Positions 57,021-64,000 of a DNA stretch of 64,000 nucleotides are shown piece by piece (the first letter of the stretch is position 1; each line of letters opens with the position of its first letter). This stretch comes from Victivallales bacterium (GTDB lineage: Bacteria > Verrucomicrobiota > Lentisphaeria > Victivallales > UBA1829). The stretch is taken from contig JBGUKN010000078.1 in the NCBI GenBank assembly GCA_045114455.1, positions 7,085-71,084 of the forward strand, in the 5' to 3' direction. The position numbers and the translations under genes are program-made. The notes beneath the pieces are model-generated. The model worked only from the letters and a program-made list of their open reading frames with translations. It made no database searches and was not told the DNA's origin.

Positions 57021-58910
57021 TCAGTTCTGCTCCGGAGCCGCGGATGCGTTCATGGCGGCGGCAGCTGCTTCCGCGGCGCGGATGCGTTCTGCTTCCGCCA
57101 GGAGTTTCTTGAAGGTCTCTTCGTATTTGAGCTCCTGCGGGACGGGGATCACGCGGAGTTCGCGCAGCTGTTTCATGTCGACTGCCGCCGGGGCGTTCAT
57201 CATCAGGTCTTCGGCCTGCTGGTTGAACGGGAAGGCGATGACTTCGCGGATGTTCGGGGCATCGGCGAGGAGCATGGCCATGCGGTCGACGCCGGGGGCG
57301 ATGCCTCCGTGCGGCGGCGCGCCGAGCTTGAACGCGCGGATCATGCCGCCGAACTTGTCGTCGACGACCTCGCGGGTGTAGCCGCACATCTCGAAGAGCT
57401 TGTACATGAGTTCGGGCTGGTGGTTGCGGATCGCGCCGGAGGAGAGTTCGATGCCATTGCACACGATGTCGTACTGATACGCCACGATGTCCAGCGGGTC
57501 CTGCGTTTCGACGGCCTTCATCCCGCCCTGCGGCATGGAGAAGGGGTTGTGGCAGAAGATCAGCGCGCCGGTCTCCTCGTCGGTCTCGAACATCGGGAAA
57601 TCGACGATCCAGCAGAACTTGAAGACGTTCGGGTCGATGAGGCCGAGGCGGCGTCCGAGTTCGCCGATCACCTTGCCGCCCACGGAGTTCACGAGGGCGC
57701 GCTTGTCGGCAAGGAAGAACAGCACGTCGCCGTCCTGGATGCCTGCCTTTTCGGCGAGCGCGGGCAGTTCGTTCCCGGTGAGGAACTTCACGATCGGGCT
57801 CTTCGTCTCGCCCGCGCTCCAGATGATGTACGCCATGCCCTTCGCGCCGCATTCCTGCGCGAACGCGATCATTTCGTCGTAGAAACGGCGCGGCTGCGGA
57901 TTGTCCGCCTTCGCGATGCCGGAGACCTTGATCGCCTTCACGACGCCGCCCGCGGCGACCGTCTTGGAGAACGCCTGGAATCCGCTGTCCTTGAAGACGT
58001 CGGTGACGTCGATCATTTCAAGCGGGTTGCGGAGGTCGGGCTTGTCCGTGCCGTAGCGTTCCATGGATTCGCGGAACGGAATGCGCGGGAACGGGGCGGG
58101 GCTGATCTGCTTATCCGTGAACTTCGGGAAGATGTCCGTGAGGAGGTCTTCCAGGATCGCGAAGATGTCGTCCTGCGTGGCATAGCTCATCTCGATGTCG
58201 AGCTGGTAGAACTCGCCAGGGGAACGGTCGGCACGCGCGTCTTCGTCGCGGAAGCACGGCGCGATCTGGAAATAGCGATCGAACCCGGCGACCATCAGAA
58301 GCTGCTTGAACTGCTGCGGAGCCTGGGGCAGGGCGTAGAACTTGCCGGGGTGAACGCGGCTCGGCACGAGGTAGTCGCGCGCGCCTTCCGGGGAGCTGCT
58401 GGTCAGGATCGGGGTCTGGTACTCGGTAAACCCGAGGTCCCACATCTTGCGGCGCAGGGACTCGATGAGCTTGGCACGCATCACGATGTGGTTGTGGAGC
58501 TCGTCGCGGCGGAGGTCCAGAAAACGGTATTTGAGGCGGAGCGCTTCCGGCGCGTCCTCGTCTTTCGCCACGAGGAACGGCAGCTGCTCGGTCTCGCCGA
58601 GCACGGTCATTTCATCGGCCACGAGTTCGATCTCGCCGGTCGAGATCTTCGGATTCACGGTTTCCGGCGTGCGGGCCACGACTTTGCCCGTGAAGCACAC
58701 GACCGTCTCGACGCGCCAGCGTTCGAGTTCCTGATAGAAATCCTTGGTCGGGTCGATCACGACCTGGGTCTTGCCGTAATGGTCGCGCAGGTCGATGAAG
58801 ATGATGCCGCCGTGGTCGCGCACGCTGTGGATCCAGCCGGAAAGGCGTGCATTGATTCCGACGTCGCTTTTTCTCAGTTCTCCGCAGGTATGCGTTCTGA
58901 ACTCATGCAT
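57021..58910 (-). CDS. aspS: aspartate--tRNA ligase
   Basis: RTHTCGEL, RDHGG, LKYRFLDLRR, CFRDED.RADR, GAPPHGGIAPG; start trimmed to MHEFR. Confidence 0.97.
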   Translation of the reverse strand: MHEFRTHTCGELRKSDVGINARLSGWIHSVRDHGGIIFIDLRDHYGKTQVVIDPTKDFYQELERWRVETVVCFTGKVVARTPETVNPKISTGEIELVADEMTVLGETEQLPFLVAKDEDAPEALRLKYRFLDLRRDELHNHIVMRAKLIESLRRKMWDLGFTEYQTPILTSSSPEGARDYLVPSRVHPGKFYALPQAPQQFKQLLMVAGFDRYFQIAPCFRDEDARADRSPGEFYQLDIEMSYATQDDIFAILEDLLTDIFPKFTDKQISPAPFPRIPFRESMERYGTDKPDLRNPLEMIDVTDVFKDSGFQAFSKTVAAGGVVKAIKVSGIAKADNPQPRRFYDEMIAFAQECGAKGMAYIIWSAGETKSPIVKFLTGNELPALAEKAGIQDGDVLFFLADKRALVNSVGGKVIGELGRRLGLIDPNVFKFCWIVDFPMFETDEETGALIFCHNPFSMPQGGMKAVETQDPLDIVAYQYDIVCNGIELSSGAIRNHQPELMYKLFEMCGYTREVVDDKFGGMIRAFKLGAPPHGGIAPGVDRMAMLLADAPNIREVIAFPFNQQAEDLMMNAPAAVDMKQLRELRVIPVPQELKYEETFKKLLAEAERIRAAEAAAAAMNASAAPEQN

Positions 58911-58957
58911 GATAGGTTCTCCGTTGTATCTGAATGGTTTGAAAAAACGGGAAAACA

Positions 58958-59031
58958 TGGGCGATGACGGGTTCGAACCGCCGACATTCACGGTGTAAGC
59001 ATGACGCTCTAACCAGCTGAGCTAATCGCCC
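58958..59031 (-). tRNA. trnV: tRNA-Val(UAC), CCA not encoded
   Basis: Minus strand GGGCGATTAGCTCAGCTGGTTAGAGCG TCATG-CTTACAC-CGTGA ATGTCGGCGGTTCGAACCCGTCATCGCCCA cloverleaf. Confidence 0.96.
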
Positions 59032-59052
59032 ATAACATTTAACACAAATTAT

Positions 59053-59081
59053 AATATACCCCGCTGAACTGGAAAATGCAA
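59053..59081 (-). promoter_or_regulatory. sigma70 promoter of tRNA-Val/aspS
   Basis: Minus strand TTGCAT-N17-TATATT. Confidence 0.7.
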
Positions 59082-59145
59082 GCATGGCGCGGGATTTTTC
59101 TTTCATATGCGCAATCCAAAAAAAGCCGGACAAAACGTTTTCCGC

Positions 59146-59173
59146 TTGACTTTTGACCGGATCGATGTATAGT
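59146..59173 (+). promoter_or_regulatory. sigma70 promoter of GH2 gene
   Basis: TTGACT-N16-TATAGT. Confidence 0.55.
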
Positions 59174-59222
59174 CTGATAAAACGAATCACAGCGGCTCCT
59201 CTTTCAATCCGAAGGATATTCC

Positions 59223-62200
59223 ATGAAGCGGCATCCCCACCATCTCTTTGCTTTTGCTCCCGCCGGATCGAACTCGGCATCGCCCCGGCATTTCGCTGAT
59301 TTCCGAACCACCGGCGTCAACCGGGAACCGATGCATGCGCCCGTCTACGGGACGTTCTTCGATGAATCCTCTGCCGAAGCATACCGGATGACGCCGTCGA
59401 ACTACACGCTGGACCTGAACGGGACATGGAAATTTCAGCTGTTCGGCAGACCGGACGAAGCGCCGGACGGTTTCGTTCAAACTGAATTCGACGATGCGGA
59501 CTGGTTCGATATGGCCGTGCCGTCGAACTGGCAAAGCGACATGCGGATCCCGGACCGCGGCGTCTACCTCAACAACATCTACTTGTTCCAGAAGGAAGCG
59601 AATCCGCCGCTCCTGCCGGATGCCAATCCGACCGGATGCTACCGCCGCACGTTCGAGGTCCCGGAGGAGTGGCTGGAACGCGACGTGCGGATCGTGTTCG
59701 ACGGCGTGGACAGCGCGTACGACTTCTGGATCAACGGACAGTACGCGGGGTATGCGGAGGACAGCCGCCTGCCGTCCGAATTCGCCGTCACGAATCTCCT
59801 GAAGCCCGGCAGAAACATGCTCGCGGTGAAGGTGTACCGGTTCTCGACCGGGTCGTACCTGGAATGCCAGGACGTCTGGCGCATGAGCGGCATTTATCGC
59901 GGCGTCCGCCTGATGGCGCTGTCCCCGGTGCATCTGCGCGACTGGTCGGTCAGAACGACGTTCATCGACCCGGCGGAGAACGAACGGCACGGCAAATCCG
60001 ACGCGAATCTGGACATTACGGCCTATGTGGAGACGCGCGCCCTGCCGCGCCAGCCCGTCGGGGACGTCGCGACGTCATGGTATCCCGGCGTCCGCGTGAA
60101 GGCGCGTCTGCTGGACGCGGACAACAGGCTCGTCGCGGAGAGCGAACCGGTGAAGTTCTGCGGCCAGACCAGCATGTACGGACCGCCGACCGAACGCGGC
60201 GCGGCCGCGATCTCCATGAAGGTCGCCGCGCCCGAACAGTGGTCCCCGGATTCACCGTACCTTTACAAGCTCTTTCTGCATCTCGTCGATGACGAAGGCA
60301 TGACGATGGAAGTCCAGTATGTGCCGGTCGGATTCCGTCAGATCGAGATCCGGGGAAGGGACGTCCTGCTGAACGGGCGGCGGCTCATCGTGCGCGGCGT
60401 GGACCGCCACGATTTCAGCGCGAAGCACGCATTTGCCGTGACCGAGGAGGACATGCGTCTCGACATCAAGACGATGAAGAAACTCAACTTCAACGCCGTC
60501 CGCACCAGCCACTATCCGAACAACAACCGCTGGTACGAACTTTGCAACGAATACGGCCTGCTGCTCGCCGACGAGACCGACATCGAGACGCACGGCCTGG
60601 GCTCACAGCTCGCGAAAACCCCCGCCTGGGGGCCGGTCTTTCTGGAACGTGCCGAACGCATGGTGCTCCGCGACCGCAACAACCCGTGCGTCGGGTTCTG
60701 GTCGCTCGGCAACGAATCGGGCTGCGGCGCGAACCATGCCGCCATGGCGAACTGGATCCGCTTCACCGACCCGACCCGGCCCGTGCAGTACGAAAGCTGC
60801 AATCCGCCCCCGTCCGTCAGCGACATCCGCTGCCCCATGTATCCGCGCGTCGAACACGTCCGGGCGGTCATGGACGATCCGGACGAGACGCGTCCCTTCA
60901 TCATGTGCGAATACGCCTACGCGAAGGGCAACGCCACGGGCGACCTCTTCCAATACTGGGACCTCGTGCACGAAAACCGCGGATTCCACGGCGGATTCGT
61001 GTGGGACTGGGCGGACAAGGCGCTCCTGAACGTCATTGCGAAGACCGGCGAAGTTAACTACGGCTACGGAAACGACTTCTGTGAAAACTTCGACTATCCG
61101 GGCAACCGGCAGCATCCCACGCAGGTCCTGAACGGCATCGTGGATGCTTCCCTCAAGCCGCATCCCGGCGCACAGGAAGTCCGCGTGTGCCAGTCGCCAA
61201 TCCGCTTCAAGTTTGATGGAACGAAGCTGACCGTCATCAACGAACGCAACAACGCTTCGACCGCCGACCTGACATTCCGCTGGGAAGTCACGCGGAACGG
61301 CTATGTCGTCAGCTCCGGCGCGCTGGACGTCCCCGTGACCGATTGCTTCGAATCCTCGGTCGTAAATGCGCCGTTCCGGGATGAGATCGCAGACCGGGAG
61401 GACATGTGGTTCCTGAACCTCTACTGCGACGGACCGTCGCACGAGATCACGCGCGAACAGTTCCCGCTCAGCGATGCCGCCCGGAAGCTCGTCGCGCCCG
61501 CCCGGCTCAAAGGGAAATCCCGTTGGGTCGAATCAAAGATTTCCATGGAGGCGGCGGAGACGGAAGAAACTCTCACGATCGGGCAGTTCGCATGGTCCAA
61601 AAAGGACGGACGCCTGATCTCCCTGAATCGGCCTGACGGGACGGAACTGCTCGCCGCGCCCGCCGAAGAGATATTCTTCCGCGCGCCGACCTGCAACGAC
61701 CGGATGCTGGACGCGGACGGCACGTTCGCGAAGGACTGGGCACCACTCTATCATGCAAACCGCAAGCTATTGGAATTCAAATGGAAACAGACGCCCCGCG
61801 CCGGGGATTATCATGTTTATGTGACCACGCGCATCGCGGACCGGATCGACTCCCGGGTCGAATGGACCGTCTCCTCCGGGCAGAACAGGTTTCTGGAGTA
61901 TCAGCAGGAAGCGAGCTTCCGCGACGAGGACCTGCATTCCGTGGCGCGCGTCGGCATGATCTTCCCGCTCGTCGAGGGATTCGAAAAAGTGAAGTATTTC
62001 GGACGCGGCCCGTACGAGAATTACCCTGACCGTCAGCGCGCCTCGCTCGTCGGACGCTGGGAAACCGCCATATCCGCCATGCTCGAGAACTATCTCGTGC
62101 CGTCCGAATGCGGCGGGCGCGGAGACGTGTTCTCGCTGGAACTTTCCGGCGACGCGGCGAAGAAACTGCGCGTCGTATGCGGCGGGGGAATCCAGTTCTC

Positions 62201-62435
62201 CGCGCTGCACGTTTCTCCGTGGGACCTGATGGCCGCGGACCACAGCTGGGAGCTGAAACCCGGCAAAAGGACATGGCTGATTGTGGACGGCGCGCACATG
62301 GGCGTCGGCGGCGACGACGGCTGGACGGTCAACGTACACGAGGAATACCGGCTGGGGCCGGGAACTCATCATACGGAATTTACGCTCGATCTCCTCGGGA
62401 CGGAAGACGCGAAAGGCAATCTGCCGGAATCCTGA
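59223..62435 (+). CDS. GH2 beta-galactosidase family (LacZ-type architecture), no signal peptide
   Basis: VRTSHYP, WSLGNESG (acid/base), CEYA (nucleophile), GGFVWDWAD, Bgal_small_C region. Confidence 0.93.
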   Translation: MKRHPHHLFAFAPAGSNSASPRHFADFRTTGVNREPMHAPVYGTFFDESSAEAYRMTPSNYTLDLNGTWKFQLFGRPDEAPDGFVQTEFDDADWFDMAVPSNWQSDMRIPDRGVYLNNIYLFQKEANPPLLPDANPTGCYRRTFEVPEEWLERDVRIVFDGVDSAYDFWINGQYAGYAEDSRLPSEFAVTNLLKPGRNMLAVKVYRFSTGSYLECQDVWRMSGIYRGVRLMALSPVHLRDWSVRTTFIDPAENERHGKSDANLDITAYVETRALPRQPVGDVATSWYPGVRVKARLLDADNRLVAESEPVKFCGQTSMYGPPTERGAAAISMKVAAPEQWSPDSPYLYKLFLHLVDDEGMTMEVQYVPVGFRQIEIRGRDVLLNGRRLIVRGVDRHDFSAKHAFAVTEEDMRLDIKTMKKLNFNAVRTSHYPNNNRWYELCNEYGLLLADETDIETHGLGSQLAKTPAWGPVFLERAERMVLRDRNNPCVGFWSLGNESGCGANHAAMANWIRFTDPTRPVQYESCNPPPSVSDIRCPMYPRVEHVRAVMDDPDETRPFIMCEYAYAKGNATGDLFQYWDLVHENRGFHGGFVWDWADKALLNVIAKTGEVNYGYGNDFCENFDYPGNRQHPTQVLNGIVDASLKPHPGAQEVRVCQSPIRFKFDGTKLTVINERNNASTADLTFRWEVTRNGYVVSSGALDVPVTDCFESSVVNAPFRDEIADREDMWFLNLYCDGPSHEITREQFPLSDAARKLVAPARLKGKSRWVESKISMEAAETEETLTIGQFAWSKKDGRLISLNRPDGTELLAAPAEEIFFRAPTCNDRMLDADGTFAKDWAPLYHANRKLLEFKWKQTPRAGDYHVYVTTRIADRIDSRVEWTVSSGQNRFLEYQQEASFRDEDLHSVARVGMIFPLVEGFEKVKYFGRGPYENYPDRQRASLVGRWETAISAMLENYLVPSECGGRGDVFSLELSGDAAKKLRVVCGGGIQFSALHVSPWDLMAADHSWELKPGKRTWLIVDGAHMGVGGDDGWTVNVHEEYRLGPGTHHTEFTLDLLGTEDAKGNLPES

Positions 62436-62547
62436 TGCGGGGGAGGCTCCTCCTCACTGTACCGTTTCGGAGCCGGGCGCTGCTCAACACACTCCGTGTG
62501 TCCGAGCGCAGCCGGACACTGCCGCAGTGGAGACTTCGTTTCCCTAC
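62436..62547. repeat. REP-like multi-hairpin element, copy B, between convergent genes
   Basis: Minus strand GTAG(stop)-GGAAAC-GAA-GTCTCC-ACTGC-G-GCAGTG; related GGGAGG-CT-CCTCCTCACTG on plus after the GH2 stop; central ACACAC..GTGTGT hairpin. Confidence 0.6.
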
Positions 62548-63752
62548 TCTTCGAATCCGGCGGAAACGCAGGTCAGGTCGGTCAGGTAAAACGACCCGTC
62601 CGGCAGACGCATGGCGCTGCTCGCGGGCGCTTCGATCATCGCCTCGTCCAGCGTGCGCCAGAAGAACGCCGCATCGACGTTGCCCGAAGCCGGGGGCATC
62701 GATTCCAGTCCGGCGGGCAGAGGCTCCAGCCAGAGTTCGTCGGGGCGCGCGAACGCAGCGACACGACGGTGCCTGACCCGGAGCATCTGAAGATAGATGC
62801 TGCGCAGATAGAGACATTCCGCCTCTGCTTCGTCTTCCGCACGAAGGAGTTCGAATCCGGCGGCGGGCATCCCGTGCGCGGTGTCTTCCTTCGGGAGAAG
62901 CGGACGCCCCAGGGCATCTTTCCTCAGGAGCATCGTGCGGTCCGGGGCATCGGGATGGGGAAGGGCGTCGGCGAACTTCGGATATCCGCTCAGCGCCTGT
63001 CCGCTGCGTTTCTCCCAGGTCTCGATGAGATGCTGCGCCGTGCGCCGGATCTCGGCGAAAAAGAACGTTTCCGCTTCGGTATCCGTCTCCGCTGCGCCTA
63101 TTTCGCGGATGGCATGAAGCATCTGCGCACGGGTCAGGCCCTCGCGGAGCGTGACGATGCACCGGCTCATGAGTCTGCGGGCGGCAGGCTCGACGTGCCC
63201 CGGATGCTCGATCGCGATCAGGTCGACCCATGCGAGCGAATGCGTGCCGGAATTGTAGAGGATGTTTCCGAAATGGAGGTCGCCGTGATAGAATCCGGCG
63301 TCGAAAAACTTCTTCAGGAACGCCGCGATCTCCGACACAAGGACGTCGGCGTTCCCGCCGCCGTAGACGATCTGTTCGTAATAGTATTTGTCAAGCGGAA
63401 TATATCCGGGCAGGGCGCGCGTGATCAGCACGTTCGTGCCGCCGAGCTTGCCCCAGCCGAGACATTTCACAGCCGGGATCCCCGCCGCCGCCAGATTCAG
63501 CCCGATTTCGTATTCCACGCGCGACTTCTGGCGTATGCTTTTCCGGAAGGCCGACCAGAGATTCGGGGAACGCTCGAACTTCAGGTAATAGTCGCCGCAG
63601 CGGTATACGGAACGCACGGGCGTGCTTTTCACGAGGTGCGGAGCGGTCAGCACGAGCGAGCGGACGGCATCCGCCGTCTTTTCGGACGGGATGTGCCATT
63701 GCCAGCGTTTCGACTTAAGAAGATCCGGGGGCAGGGAAGCCGTTTTTTTCAT
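62544..63752 (-). CDS. LPS kinase (Kdo/WaaP/InaA-like) family protein
   Basis: YYLKFE, YHGDLHFGNIL catalytic loop, WVDL; second degenerate C-terminal region. Confidence 0.75.
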   Translation of the reverse strand: MKKTASLPPDLLKSKRWQWHIPSEKTADAVRSLVLTAPHLVKSTPVRSVYRCGDYYLKFERSPNLWSAFRKSIRQKSRVEYEIGLNLAAAGIPAVKCLGWGKLGGTNVLITRALPGYIPLDKYYYEQIVYGGGNADVLVSEIAAFLKKFFDAGFYHGDLHFGNILYNSGTHSLAWVDLIAIEHPGHVEPAARRLMSRCIVTLREGLTRAQMLHAIREIGAAETDTEAETFFFAEIRRTAQHLIETWEKRSGQALSGYPKFADALPHPDAPDRTMLLRKDALGRPLLPKEDTAHGMPAAGFELLRAEDEAEAECLYLRSIYLQMLRVRHRRVAAFARPDELWLEPLPAGLESMPPASGNVDAAFFWRTLDEAMIEAPASSAMRLPDGSFYLTDLTCVSAGFEE

Positions 63753-63847
63753 GGTATTCTGAATCCTGTATTGTTTCCTGCAAAAACTATAGCACCGGAA
63801 AGAGAAATATCAAGTACACAGACCTAAAAACAGATGTTGGAAACCAT

Positions 63848-63885
63848 AAAAAAACACCCTGTGCGGTTTTTCGCACAGAGTGTGT
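63848..63885 (-). terminator. intrinsic terminator after SGNH gene
   Basis: Minus strand ACACTCTGTGCG/CGCACAGGGTGT stem then 7 T. Confidence 0.75.
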
Positions 63886-63913
63886 CGGGTAGTGCCTTGC
63901 TTCTCAACGGCAC
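63874..63913. repeat. REP-like element, copy C
   Basis: CACAGAGTGTGTCGGGTAGTGCCTTGCTTC matches copy A at 27/30; GTAG followed by TGCC..GGCA hairpin. Confidence 0.75.
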
Positions 63914-63926
63914 AGGATTCAATCAA

Positions 63927-64000
63927 TCACTTGCAGTACTTCTCGAGGTAGGGACGGATGGCGTCCGCCCAGATCTGATAGCCCTTGGCGGTCGGATGCA
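63927..64000 (-). CDS. C-terminus of SGNH/GDSL hydrolase, runs off window end
   Basis: Minus strand HPTAKGYQIWADAIRPYLEKYCK*, matching the (DxL)HP..GY..WA block. Confidence 0.75.
   Translation of the reverse strand, partial: HPTAKGYQIWADAIRPYLEKYCK

Noticed and set aside
57021-58910. Calling AspRS non-discriminating
   Set aside because: The RDHGG His favours it, but the second diagnostic position appears to be Glu rather than Gly by eye; undecidable without alignment and gatCAB data.
58958-59031. tRNA-Val as an integration site
   Set aside because: No integrase and no duplicated tRNA 3' end seen in the window.

Overview
GC-rich bacterial chromosome segment, probably an anaerobic gut/rumen PVC-superphylum organism (Lentisphaerota/Victivallales-like; inferred from the DUF1559 pseudopilin, the PVC-type alpha-2-macroglobulin and the acidic repeat protein). 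No CRISPR array, prophage or transposase was seen. Contents, left to right: (1) truncated GH30 and a GT2 gene; (2) lipoprotein-nrdR-ClC-tandem ATP-cone-like protein; (3) a Clostridia-like nrdG-nrdD-trxB unit under two NrdR boxes 32 bp apart, in which NrdD carries a fused C-terminal CPNC redoxin and TrxB lacks the HRR NADPH motif; (4) a 16-gene, 15 kb aryl-polyene/flexirubin-like type II FAS/PKS cluster (3 intact KS, 2 CLF-like, 1 ACP, KR, 2 dehydratases, thioesterase, 2 acyltransferases, GT2-DUF2062, LolA, MMPL fused to a lipoprotein-like domain, MFS) with no starter-unit ligase; (5) a divergent phosphoethanolamine transferase; (6) a ~1550 aa acidic protein with 7.5 tandem ~145 aa domains; (7) a 2052 aa alpha-2-macroglobulin whose thioester motif is replaced by TVFG; (8) housekeeping genes (leuS, gmk, coaC, rsmE, aspS, tRNA-Val), GH3 and GH2 hydrolases and an LPS-kinase-like gene. 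Three intergenic regions share a GTAG-type REP-like hairpin family, two copies of which overlap stop codons. Product calls come from motif recognition only; no database searches were run. Many ORF-track starts were shortened to the likely true start.
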